Positions 39,786 through 52,789 of a stretch of 64,000 nucleotides of DNA are shown one piece after another. This DNA is from Rhizophagus irregularis. Lineage: Eukaryota. The translations under genes and the position numbers were made by a program. The notes under the pieces were generated by a model. It was given only the letters and a program-made list of their open reading frames with translations, ran no database searches and was not told where the DNA came from. Within the stretch, counting starts at the first letter, position 1, and each line of letters opens with the position of its first letter. Location of the stretch: positions 3,100,001 to 3,164,000 of the forward strand of contig NC_089430.1 in assembly GCF_026210795.1 (NCBI RefSeq). Reading direction: 5' to 3'.

Positions 39786-41341
39786 AAAGGTTAATTACGG
39801 AAAAATTCTCTAATATGGTTTCGATTATGTAAAAATATGTTTATCTATAAGATTTTTAGATCGATTTTTTATTTTATTCTTTAAAAGGGTAAAATCATGT
39901 TTGTACTACAAACAAAATTTGTGATGCTTATCATTTAATAGTATAGTTTTATGATAAATGTATACTTTTGATGAATATGAATGTATATACTTGATTACTA
40001 TTTGTTCTGCTCCATTCTCTATAACCTCTTTAACCTCTATAACTTCAACCACAGTTTAGAAATTTCCTAATTTCATACATTCAGGAGTTTCCGTAGCATG
40101 GGAATAACAAATTATAAAATTATCCGTTAAAAATAATTACATGAATTTTTTATTGCATATTGTCACGTGAATAGGATCTATTATAACAGGTTTGCATTCA
40201 AGAATGGGATTTAAAGAAATAAATAACTTATTTTTGTCTTTATATGATTTCCCAACCGTTGAATAATAACTTTTTTATTTGTTGATCTGCGCCAAAAAAT
40301 ATTGATTAGTTATTAAACGATGAATTCATTTTAAAATTCGTCCGAATTATACTGGCGCTGAGTTAACAACACAAACTTACCGCCTGAATTTCCTTGTTAA
40401 TTGATATATTAGTTGAATTTTTTTTTTCTTATACTTTTTATAAAAAATAATTTATCACTTTATTCTGGCGGCAAAGATATTAATGATTTTAATTAACAGT
40501 TAAGAATATAATACATTTATTAATTATATCTGATATATTAATAATTTCATATCATGATTTGTTGCGATCAGATATTGATAATATGTTGGTCAAAAGTTAA
40601 GTATTACGAATGTAAACCTTTTTTTTTAATCCTATTTTCACCTCCTTATTCCTTCTTTTTCATCTCCTTTACCCTTTTTTTTCTATATATCATTGAAGCT
40701 TCACAATGAACAATATACTACTATTCTCTAATATATAATGATAATTATAAAATACAACTTGTATTTAAAATATCCCTACTTTCAAATTTGTTCTTGTAAA
40801 GATCCTACTTATTTTTTAAAGCTGTCACCCTAGCAGAAGCTAGTAGTTCAACGATAATAAAAATTATGCTCGTACAGACAGTCGTATTCCTTCCACTCTC
40901 TTACATAGGGGTTCGAATTGGATGAGCCGGTTCCGGTTCCATAATGGTTCCATAATATGACTCGGTCAGTTTGGTCCAGAACTGAGTCACTTCATATCAA
41001 AATTTATGGAACCGAAAGTACCAAAATGAATTAATATTGCAAGCTTTTGTGGGGAAATGTTAAATTGTAATAGGTGATTTAGACAAATGTAAATATAAAG
41101 TCAATTGACAAAATGATTAAGGGATAACTATGCGTTTCTATAGATAAAATTAACCTCTGTAATTTTATTTTTAATTATGCAAATTATGGGAGTGTATATC
41201 TTTTTACTTGATATTAGTAAAGGAATAATTAAAAAAAAAAAAATTGGATAAACGATATAAATAATTATAAATATTCTACAGTAAAGGTAACAAAGAAATA
41301 TTAATCACTTTTTAGTATTACACCCTACATCTTAGATTGTA

Positions 41342-42700
41342 TTACATTTTAGATTGTTTGCTTACTCCTAACCACACTTTGCCCAGAAGTTGTAGAGAAT
41401 TAGCAAGGAGGTAACTTGTATCCTTATCATCCTCATCATTATTCAGGATTTTATCACAGGTTTCACGTGTGATGGAGGATATTTCTGATCGTGAAAGTCG
41501 CCAAATTACTTTATTCATCTAAGATTTTTTTTAGAATAAATTTAATTAGTCATCCTATGCAATAGTTTTAGCTTTTGTTAGTCCCAGCAGGGAAGATTAG
41601 ATGGGTTTTACCTCTTCCTGTTTCATCATTGGTCCACCCTTAGTTTTGGCTGCCAAGTATCCAGAGATTAAGTCCACCGTAAATTCAACGCCGTTAAAAA
41701 TATTAGAACATTTATTTGAAATGGATGATAAAAAAGATTTATTTAGGTGAGCTTGGGCCTTGGAAACGTAAATTCCACCCAGAGAGGATAGCAACTCTTT
41801 TCCATTTGGTTCCGATAAAAGCTTTTGAGCTTCTTGGCGAAGACTTTCCTCAAACGATTCAAACTCCGAAGAATCTTGCTTCGGAAATCGAGAAAGTTTG
41901 TCTTTTAGGTAACGGACAATATTGGATACACGAATGGTGTGACGTTGTACTCTCCGCTCATTAGAAGTTAACTCATTTATTTCAGGTGAGCTACCGTCAT
42001 TCATAATTGAAAACATCCAAAGGCCAATTTCCAGGTCTCCAATATATGGTTGCCAAGTGTCTCCTCCTACATATGGATTGAATGATGCTTTACCTTCTAA
42101 GGCTAAAATCAAATTAAACATTGAGTCAATTGATGCAAGAAATTAATTTAATACACGAGAAGTTTTGAATCCTACAATCATTTATTGTTCCGTAATTATC
42201 GTAAAGAGAACGACTGTTCTTATCCGAGAGAATTTTGTATGCGTTTGAGAGCTTGTTCCACTGTTTAGTTGTATTAAGGACATTCAGTTAATATTTATTA
42301 TTTAATATACAATAAATCTGATGCAGTACCTCTTCGGTTTCAATGCCACCATTTTTATCCGGATGATGCTTTAATGCGAGTTTCTTATAGCTTAATTTAA
42401 TTTCAGCCTCAGTCGCTTCAGGCTTTAATTGGAGGATATCATATAATTCAGTTTCCCTTGGTTTATTTGCATCTATTATATTTTGAATCGTAAACGAAAA
42501 TGAGCGTATGGTCAAAAATAACAACTCAACAACTTTTTTTTCGGCAACTTACCATGAGAATGTTCAGTTTTCTTATCTTCCTTTGAATTACCCGAAAATT
42601 GTCTTAATAATGTCTTTTTTTGTTTTTCGAATTCATTTTTATCAATTTCGCCATTATCTAATCTACGTTGGTTCTCTTTTAATTCTTCTAGGAGATTCAT
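41342..42700 (-). CDS. J-domain protein with DnaJ X-domain-like C-terminus (Caj1/Djp1-like) and N-terminal SHOCT-like segment (~347 aa)
   Basis: Exons 42700-42553, 42472-42330, 42260-42176, 42102-41612 and 41518-41342 are in frame. ETELYDIL..YKKLALKHHPDKN..AYKILSD..YDNYG; GGD.WQPYIGDLEIG; EPNGKELLSSLGGIY; EISSITRETCDKIL. Confidence 0.85.
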
Positions 42701-43234
42701 TTTCTAATAACTCAACACAAACTTTTTGAGCGTTCTTTTCTTGATGCAAGGGGTAACTTTTGTGGTGTTCTATAAATAAAAAAACCAAATGTTTTGTTTG
42801 TGCGTACAAACAACTAAACCTTGCGGTAAAAACTCCTACTAAATAAAGTAATATAAGAAAGAGATAAACACGTAAACATAAACACATTACACTGAATTGG
42901 TACAATATTGTTTTTTTTTAAAAAAAAAATCTTATTCTTTACCTATATATATCTTTTTTGATTTTCCATATTGAAAGACAAAATAAATGCTAATGCATCG
43001 GGATAATCTACATCAGGAAAGTTTTTAAAAAGAAAAAATGTAAAAATAAATTTGTGTTACAAATAAAATTATTGTAAACAAAATTTGATCAATGACTTAT
43101 AAAACTGGCTTTTTTGAACTTTCAGATCAGATTTGAAGCATTTTCAATATTTCATATATTTCCTTGGTGAATATATGAAATAAAATAATTATAATTATAT
43201 AACTTTTATCGTTTTTGGTTGTAAAGCAATAACT

Positions 43235-43858
43235 ATGAGTTTTTTTTATTATAGTACAAATCAATATCAACCACCACTACAATATTACCCTTATACTTCT
43301 CCACAATATTACTCTTCACCCCCTTCACCACAATATTACCCTTCACCACAATATTATCCTTCACCACAATATTACCCTACGCCAACACAATATTATATTC
43401 AATATGTTTACCCTACGCCCCCTACGCCCCCTACGCAAACTCAAAGTATAACTGTCCCTCGGGAATATAAAGAAAAGAAACAAAGTCGTCAAAGAAGTTC
43501 ACCAGCTTCCAGATCTACCGGTGAACAAAGTTTACTACAAGAACTCAATACTCTGGACGAAGCTTATTTTGTTCATAATTATATAAGCAAAAAAGAATAC
43601 GAAGAATATCGTCAGAAAGTTATAAATAAATGGAGGGGTAAGTTAAAAAAGAAAGTTTTTATTATTCAATGTTACAAGTATTTAACCTCTGTTTATCTCA
43701 TAGGACAAGAAAAAAAATCTTTCTGGAACAGAATGTGGGATACCGCATGCCGTTATGGCAATTCCATCTTCAAGAATTTGCTTACACCCATAATTTCCAA
43801 TTTGGGTAGTTCATTGATTGGAGGTTTTGCAGGTCATTCAGGTTTTATCGGCCAATGA
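43235..43858 (+). CDS. Small Y/P/Q-repeat protein with SHOCT-like motif (~185 aa if spliced)
   Basis: PQYYPS repeats (18-bp units); LLQELNTLDEAY...ISKKEYEEYRQKVI; probable in-frame 66-nt intron 43638-43703 (GTAAGT...TAG). Confidence 0.7.
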   Translation: MSFFYYSTNQYQPPLQYYPYTSPQYYSSPPSPQYYPSPQYYPSPQYYPTPTQYYIQYVYPTPPTPPTQTQSITVPREYKEKKQSRQRSSPASRSTGEQSLLQELNTLDEAYFVHNYISKKEYEEYRQKVINKWRGKLKKKVFIIQCYKYLTSVYLIGQEKKSFWNRMWDTACRYGNSIFKNLLTPIISNLGSSLIGGFAGHSGFIGQ

Positions 43859-44740
43859 AGTGAAATACAATCAATTACTCGGTGATCATTGCAGGGTCAG
43901 GGTCCCAATGAGTTTATGAGTCTGTATTTTACGTAAATTTTATTTGTGGCGCATGTAAACTCCAAATTTTTGTTAAATAAATCGACATTCGTTCTTAAGT
44001 TATTATTAAATTAAATTTTGAATTGATCGTGTTATTAAAATACGCATTTGATCTGGCTGTTGTTTAGTTTAAACTAATGGTGGCTGTTATTTGGTGAATG
44101 GCCAAACGGCCATTACTGTATAAATTTAAAAATAATAAATAAAACAATGTTAATCTCTAACATTTTACTAACAATTTTTTTGGCTCCCTTAAATAATATG
44201 TTATATAGATATTTGGATAATGAGATGCTTAAATTTTATATCCGGTATCATGATGCCAATAATTTTGCTCGCATATCCGGCATGTTACGTCATTTATTGC
44301 CGATATTCAGCAATAAATGATGTAGCATGCCAAATATGGACAAAATTGATTAATTTATCTGATCACGTAAGACTACCAAGGATATGATCGTTATTAGGCA
44401 ATATTACGGTGGATATTGAATGATTGTTCCACTGCGTGGCACAATGACAGCCAATCATTACCTCCATATTGAATACTTCGTGACTAATAACTCTATAATA
44501 TAGGGATTTGAGACTTCATTCTTTTTGTTCGATATTAAGAATTAAACTATATTAATTTCTAGGAGTACATTTTAAATTCTGCAAGTTACATAAGATGAAT
44601 GGATTGATTTGCTTGTTATGATATCATGGAATGATACAATGAAATTGAAATTGTGGTAAAATTATAAAGGACCAAATAATGCATATATAATATGTATTAA
44701 TACTCTATTTTAAATAATTTTCTATTGATTTTCTTTGATA

Positions 44741-46367
44741 TTATAAGTCTTCTTTGACATGCGTACTACTTGTAGTACTACTTGTAGTACTTGTGGCTGT
44801 ATGTTTGAATAGATCCTTTAGCCCTGATTTTTTTAAAAAAAAATAAAAATTAGAATTAATTGTAAAATCAAAAAGGTTTCTTAGTTAGACGTTAAGTTAT
44901 CCTTACCTTGTTTGGTAGAATCATCTATTATGGAAGGGAATACAACAGTGTACTGTATATATAAGTCACCATTGGTTGTCGATCTAAAATGTGGCATACC
45001 TTCATTCTTAATAGTTTGAACAAATCCTGGTTGCGTTACCTCGTCTCTTTTTAGCAAAACGTTTCTACCATCAAGATGCGTAATATTCTTTTCGAATCCA
45101 GTAAGTGCCTAAAAATTTAACATTTCAATTAACATACAATCCTTTAAATTAAACTAAAATTAATTCTCAATGCTTACATCTATTAATGATATTGTTTGTT
45201 CTGCGTATAAATTATTTCCTTTTCTTTCAAATACTGAATGTGGTATTGTCACTACTTTAAATATGATATCACCAGGAATTATTTCGGGTGATTCATCACC
45301 TTCTTTCTCAAATACCTAAACAGTTTAAATTTAGTTATATTTGCAAAAAAAGAAACAATTTATATAATAATTTTAGTTACTCACAATTGTCCCATCATCA
45401 ACTTGTCCTTTCTCAACTATTATTGTTAATTGTTCATTTCCACGTAGAACTTTCTTTCCATTACAAACCGGACATTTCGATTTTATAATTTTACCTTTAC
45501 CACCACATGAATCACATCTGTGAACCATAAACACATAAATTAAGTTAAATTTTAATAATACTTTCTTTAAAAGAAAGAATGAGTTTTTTACTTACGTAGA
45601 ATGAAATTGTTGAAAAATTCCAGGTCCAAGTTGTTGTTTGACTACTTTCACTCCACGCCCACCACAAGCATTACATGTTATAACGTCTTCCGCTCTCTTT
45701 GCACCTGTTCCTCTACAATTTCCACAAATAACTTGTTTCGAGACATCAACTTCAACTTGAGTTCCTAAATATAATTCTTTTAGTTCCACTTCCAATTCTA
45801 TAACAGTACTTGGACCTTGTCTTTCAGATTGTGATTGATGACCTAAGTTGAATCAAACCGTAATTAATTAAAATGAACTTTAAGAAAAAAATAAATAAAT
45901 ATACATTTTTTCTCACCAAAATGGTTTCCACCAAAGAAAGAAGCAAATATATCAAATGGATTGTGAAAACCTCCTTGACTCTGTTGTTTTAATCCTTCTT
46001 CCCCATACTTGTCATAAATCTGTCGTTTTTTATCATCTGATAAAACTTCATAAGCTATTATGATGAATCAAATAAAATTAACCAATAAATCAATAAATTC
46101 GATTTTATTAAAAAAAATTCATTTATAGTAAAAAATTTAGTTTATTATACCTTCGGCTAATTGGACAAATTTTTGTTCAGCATCTTTATCACCGGGATTT
46201 TTATCCGGATGATATTTTTTTGATAATAGTTTGTATTTTTTCTTAATTTCTCTTGAACTTGCTGACTGCGAAACTCCCAAAATTGAATAATAATCAGCCC
46301 CACCATATATATAATCTACCGATAATAATAATAATAACCACCAAAATGAAAGTGATGATAATTGCAT
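44741..46367 (-). CDS. SCJ1: ER-lumenal type I DnaJ/Hsp40 co-chaperone
   Basis: Seven exons (46367-46151, 46054-45917, 45842-45596, 45517-45385, 45315-45178, 45108-44907, 44823-44741). Signal peptide, J domain with HPD, G/F region, four CxxCxGx(G/K) motifs, and C-terminal KEDL*. Confidence 0.88.
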
Positions 46368-46639
46368 TTTTTATGATAGATATGATAGATATTAAAGAAG
46401 AAGTTATTCTGATGCGGAAAGGAACTTCGAGTTTTTAAATGGAAATTCAATGTGTTGTTCAGATTTAATTGGTCAGATTGTTATGGTTACACAAAGTCGC
46501 CCAATAGAAAAACGTGGCAATTAACAACGCGACAACGCATGATCTAAGAATGATCGGCGATCATTTGTATAAATTATTCAAATTTATCGATTTATTTATT
46601 CGTTAAACTCTTTTCTTTATGATATGCCATATGCCAAAT

Positions 46640-47826
46640 ATGCCAACTTGTGTTGAATGTGGAGCTCCTGTAACGAATTTATATACCGAATATAGTAAAG
46701 GAAATATAAGACTCACACCTTGTGTAAATTTTTTTTTTTATTTTTTATCTTCGCAACCTTTTTCTCTAAGTTTTCAATTTGGATTAATCATATAGGAGAA
46801 ATGCAAAAAATTTGCGGATAAATATGTTGAACATGATTTTGTTATAATTTTTATAGATATGTTACTACATAAACCTCAAGTATATCGACATTTATTATTT
46901 AATCGATTAGAATATCGAGATCATGGCATAGATGTCAGTAAAAAAAAATTTTTTTCTCAATTTCTTTTTATAATAAAGTAATAAAAAAGATCATTCATTC
47001 ATTCTTTTTTTTTAGCCCAATGTATTTAAACTAGGCATTCTTCTTATACTTTTTGACGTTTGTATCCTTTGAAATTTATCTAAAACTAGATGTTTTATTG
47101 TTTTGTTTATATAATCAATCATTTATTATTATTATATTACATATTTTTTTTAAAAGATATAAAATGGTTTAGATTAGAAAAATATTATACAGCTTCAAAC
47201 ATCCCATTTATTGAGCAACCAGTTTTTCTACAATACTTATATATTTTATTTTTGTGTGTTATAGGTAGGTAAAAAAAAATTATTTATAATTGTTAGCATT
47301 AAATATTTTTAACTTTTTACTTCATTTTATAGAATTTGTTGTTTTTCAGTTTGGTGTAAGATTGGCCGTAAGTTTTTATATCGGAGATAAATATGCTATT
47401 ATAAAGTAAGTTGTTAAATAATACAACAGATACGGGAGAGCATGAAATAATAATATATATTAATTACATTTTAGATATAATTATATTGCAATAGCATTAA
47501 TAATATCAAGTTTTGGAAAAATTTTATTGATATTAATGGTGATTTGGGATTATAATGGATTGGAATATTCTTGGCTTATAAATATCGTAGTATTAACTTC
47601 TAATGTGGAAGCACTTGCAGGTAATTAATTATTTTCTTAAATTTTTTTTTTTGAAATTTAATATATTTTTTATTCTAAAAAAGAAAAAATTATAGTATTT
47701 TTGAATGTTGGATATTTCAAAACTTTGTTGATATTAATTTTTGGATTAGGATTGAAAGTGTTGGCTCAAATATTTTTTATTCAAATTACAAATAATCCTT
47801 TGTTATTAACTTTATTAAGTATTTAA
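46640..47826 (+). CDS. ARV1: Arv1 lipid/sterol homeostasis protein
   Basis: Seven exons (46640-46723, 46796-46933, 47016-47061, 47157-47264, 47333-47405, 47475-47620, 47696-47826): MPTCVECG..LYTEYS..NIRLTPCEKCKKFADKYVEHD...IDMLLHKPQVYRHLLFN. An alternative in-frame ATG lies at 46631. Confidence 0.92.
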
Positions 47827-48009
47827 TAAAGAAGGAATTAGAACAAGTACTATAGTCAAGTAAAACAAAAAATTTTTTTCTTGAAATGGAAATGGATTCC
47901 TAATCAAAAGAAAACTTTTTTTCTCGTTTATCAAAATATTCTGACGGCTTTTATGAAGCCATATATCGAAATGCTTACAATCAAATTGGTCGTTAACGAT
48001 ATACCAGTA

Positions 48010-48195
48010 CAGTCAGATTTTCTATAATTGCACTCTCCATAATTACACTCTACTCACTATGTATACCCTCTCTAAAATGCACCTTCCTGAAGCTTATATG
48101 ATCTCTAATTATTTTACCTCTATAAATGCACACCCTCTCTAAATACACTATTTTGAAAATTATGCATATGGTCCCAAGAGGTGTAGGTCTGACTG
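48010..48195. mobile_element. Short TA-flanked MITE remnant (Tc1/mariner-like ends)
   Basis: TA|CAGTCAGA...TCTGACTG|TA, with internal repeats of ACCCTCTCTAAA. Confidence 0.6.
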
Positions 48196-48462
48196 TAATT
48201 GGTTTAACTTTTCAGACCACTCATCTTACCAATAAGTGATATTATGATAATATACCTGTAATTGTTAAAAAAAAAGTTATCTTAATATAATAAAAACTAT
48301 TTATTAAATTATATTTATTTTTTTTAAATATTTACGGTAAATAAAATAATTTTATTAGGCTTTAAATTAATTTATTTCTTTAAAAAAAAATAAAATTAAA
48401 TTTGTGTATAGCAAAAATTAAATATAAAAGGAAAAAAAAAAAAAATAGTCGAAAAATAATTG

Positions 48463-48534
48463 GGGCTCCAGCGGGAATTGAACCCACGACCTCTCGCACC
48501 CAAAGCGAGAATCATACTACTAGACCATGGAGCC
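48463..48534 (-). tRNA. tRNA-Pro (anticodon TGG), intronless
   Basis: GGCTCCA/TGGAGCC acceptor stem, CTCGC-TTTGGGT-GCGAG anticodon arm, GTGGG-TTCAATT-CCCGC T arm; 72 nt. Confidence 0.92.
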
Positions 48535-49056
48535 TTGGATGTTGAAGAAATAGGAGAAATATATTTATTTAAACATTAAATTTTGGTTGGATTGTTTATA
48601 TATTGAATCCAAATCTACCCTCATCGAGATTAGTTTCCAAGATTTAGGGAGTATGAGATCGAAATAAGGTTAGTTTTATCTATAGCCAGGAAATAAAAAA
48701 CTAAATTGAGAAACTTACGTTTAATTTGTGAAAATGTCATAAATAAGATCTACGGTATACATTTTTTTGCCATATGGAAAAATATTTATTAATTAATTAT
48801 TCGTATAACATCATTTTTCAAAATTTTAGTTGATCTTGATTATATACTTTTTCCGATAGTTAAAAATTATAATAATCCAATAAATAATTCTTTGTAATTA
48901 GCGAAAAATTGCATTTATTTATTAATTCTACTAAATGATTTGATTTCTATTTTACAAAGTCAAATAATGTCTTAATAAATTGTGAATTTTTTTTTTTATA
49001 CAGATAAGAAAAAAATATTTATATATTACATTCTACGTTAAATTAAATTACTACTT

Positions 49057-50610
49057 TTAATTACTATTTATGTCTATCAAATGATGTGTATGATTAGTGG
49101 ATTTGTGTGCTACTGTGCAATATTCAACATTTTTAAACCATTCATCTTCAAGAATATCTTTTAATGTGGCACGTTTCTCCGGAGTAACTTCAAGTATCTT
49201 TCTCATAATAGAACGAGACTCTGGAGGAAGTTTTTTAATTAATCGATCAGGATAACGTAAATATGCTTTATATGAAGTGTCTTCGCTTACTCTAGCAATC
49301 AACCAAGGAAATCTCCCTATAACCATACATACAAAGATAATTCCTATTGCCCATATATCTGCTGATCTTACATCGTAAGAAGAGTGAGTGTATGATTCTG
49401 GACAAATATATGGATCAGAACCACAAGGACCTAAACAATACAAATAAGAAGAATTTTTATCAGTAAAAAATTAATAATTAATCGAAATAATGATGATTAC
49501 ATTTATTGATACTTTACCTGAAGAGAGCATGATTTTATTATCAAATGGATATTTAAAGACGGTAGAACAACCAAAATCAATTAATTTTACAATGCCGAAT
49601 TCATTTAAAACACAATTATCTAATTTTAAATCTCTGTGGGCGATTCCCATACTATGTAAATAATTTACACCCATTACGATTTGTTTAAAACAACAAAAAA
49701 TTTCATTTTGAGACATTTTTTTAGACATCACAATTTCAAATAAATCATAAGGAGCAAATTCCATTATTTCATATAATTGTCCATTTTCTTGAATAATATC
49801 TATGGTTTCAATAATATTTTCATGATGTAAAACCGACCCTATACAAAATTCTGCGGTAATAGTTTTTAGCCAAGATTTTTCCGATTCATACGGAAAACGT
49901 TTACGAAATTGTTTTACAGCAAAAGGTTTATTATCAGATTTTCGATTTATTAATCGTACAGTCCCCCCTACACCTGATCCAAGTTCTCTGCTCCATTTAC
50001 CATATTTATTAAATTCTACATGTTTGTAATTATAATATGAAAGATTAGACGTGGACCTCGATTTTTTATGTGATGGGGATTTAAATGCCATTTTTAATTC
50101 ACGAAAGAAATTTGATTTTTTCTTTGATGATTTATAAGAAGGTTTTTCGAAAATAAATTGTGGTGGCGGTGTAGGAGATGATGATGTAGAAGATTCCGTG
50201 GTGGTTGTAAGTGAAATTCCTGAGCTAAGTTGTGGAGTTAGAGGGTAAGACTGATCCGAAACATTTAATTGTGACATTGTATCATTGTAATTTTCATAAA
50301 TAATTTGCATTGATAAAGCTCTGTTGGGCGACGATTTTATTGTTGAATTATTATCTTTGATTAAATTTGGCATGGAAGATGAAAGTGCTTTATAGGATGA
50401 TGTTCCCATCCAACTTAACCTACTTTCTTTTTCATGCCGATTTAAAGGGTTATTGTGTAATAAAGGTGAAGGTGGTGTTGAATATTGGTCATTTTCTATC
50501 CATTTTTTTGATAAATTATTTTCATCGGTACCTATTATCACTTCAGTCGATAATTTTGTTGGTTCTTGATATTCATCTTGGGGATTAAAACTGATAGTAT
50601 CGAAAGCCAT
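49057..50610 (-). CDS. Fungal HAL/NPR-family Ser/Thr protein kinase
   Basis: Intron 49517-49431; S/P-rich N-terminus; [53 protein letters not shown]. Confidence 0.9.
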
Positions 50611-52789
50611 TTTTTTATAATGCTAATTTATTTAAAAAAAAAAAAAATATTTTATCTAAAAACAAAAAAAAGGGTAAAAATTCTGCTGAAATATTTAATC
50701 CACATCTGACATATATATTCTTTTTTTATTTATATTATGGTATGTAAAAATTAAAATAAATAATCAAAAAACTCCGTAATTGATTGACCCAGGTATTATT
50801 ATATTATAATTAATAATGAATCTTTTGTTTATTCCGGCAGTGAATTCAACCGACCCACTTACGCAGTAATTTATCCAAAGCGAATGCACTTAATTTCCGA
50901 ATTTTTTTCCATGGAAAATCAGAAAATCCTCGGAGTTATTATTTCCCATATAAAAAATTTAAAAATTTAACCGATTTCCGTTATCTTTTGGCTAAATTTT
51001 CCTTTTTACAAATGACGTATTCCGAATCTTTCCGAATAACAATTAGAAATTGCGCTTCAAAAATAAACTACGCAATCTGCGGCCTGCGGCGTGATCGGAA
51101 ACTCCGATAACTCATTAAGTTACAACGAAAAGTACTACGCCATTGTAACAGGTATCAATTTTATAAATTAATAATATTAAATGTTCAATAAAAAACACAA
51201 AAAAAAATATTTGTGTGAAAGATAATTTCTTCTGAAACTCAATGCAGGAAGATAATTGTAAGGCTTTAAATATATCGTTATGTCTAAATAATTAATTCCC
51301 TTATTAAATACTGTATATCAAACTTATTATTGCAGATAAAGGATCACTTAATAAAGTAGGTAATAGATTCCAATAATTAATGTAGATAAAACAATTGCTA
51401 CCTCTAACACGTCTCATTCGATTTTATATTATGCGATCCTTTGATAGAAACTTTTCATGGTTTTGTGGAAAAGAAATATCGATGAAAAATCATGCAGTTT
51501 TAGTAAAAGTTATGCAAAATAAAATGGGTAAAATAAGAAACGTGTCACTTTTTTATTCTGATAAAATTACTTTCAAACAATCATTTCAAAAATACATGAA
51601 ACAGAATTAAACGAAATGGTTGAAATAATCAAAATGATCGAAAAGGTCAAAATTTATCACGACCAAAAAGTCATGTGAAAGTCAAATCTGATGGGATTGT
51701 AAAATTACCGTAACAAAAAAATTTTACCGGTGCATAAGTTACTTGTAATGGTAGCACCACTTTAAAAACGTAAATTTAATAGATAATTTAAATAAGATTT
51801 AGAAAATGATAATAAAGAATATAATAAAATATAAATATAACAAATAATATCAAAAAAATTTTACATATCACTGTTTTTAGCTAACCAATAGTCTAATATA
51901 AAAAAACATATAATTTTGTATTAGCAATAATTAAACAAATTTCTATATTTCAATTATTTCTGCTATTTGAATCATCTTAAGGAAATGCTAATAAGCTAAA
52001 AATTATGACCAAATAAAAGATATTATTAAAGAATATCTAAACTTAATATCTAAACAATTTCAACATTATTATTATTTAATTCCTTTTAATGAGATGAATA
52101 CAATAAGAAAAAAATCTCCATTTTCTTTTGATTTCACTGTTTAAATAATTTAATTTTATATAAAAATATTTTTTAAATATATTACAAGTTTTTAAAAAAT
52201 TTTGTATACCTTCAAGTTACCTGTTAAAATTAAATTAATTTCAGCAAATTATAAAAATATAGAAATAGAAATTATATTAAAATTATATTCAAAAATTTGT
52301 AAAATGTAGAAATTATAGAAATTAATTTCAATATTTTCACTATATAATTCTAATATAGTAGTTTTAGAATTCTTACAGAATTTTATATATAATTTAATAT
52401 AATTTCTACAATTTTATATATATTAAAATATTAAAATTAATTTTAGTAGACAACTTTAAATATAGTATTAACTGATTCCTAATACTTGGAATATTGTAGT
52501 CTATAATATACAGTAAATCCCAAAATATATAATAAGTATTTGAATAATTTTGGTTTTCTTTATATACCATTAAAATTTATCTTAATGATAATAATTTTAT
52601 TTTTTTAACTTTTAATCTATAATATAAAATAATTTTTTATTTAATATAAAAGAATCTAAACAATATAAATAATTTAAAATATAATAAAATTTTAAAATAA
52701 GAATTTTGCTAACTTTCTCTCTAGAAGATATCACCTAGGTAATGTCAACTGTACTAAAAATTAAATTTTATAACTTTTATAATTTAAAA

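Noticed and set aside
40906..41015. TAGGGG start with GGTTCC/GGAACC repeats, hAT-MITE-like
   Set aside because: No matching right TIR or TSD found; too fragmentary to annotate.
41342..46367. Two DnaJ genes 2 kb apart as a tandem duplication
   Set aside because: They are different classes (X-domain type versus ER type I) with different exon structures; proximity may be coincidental.
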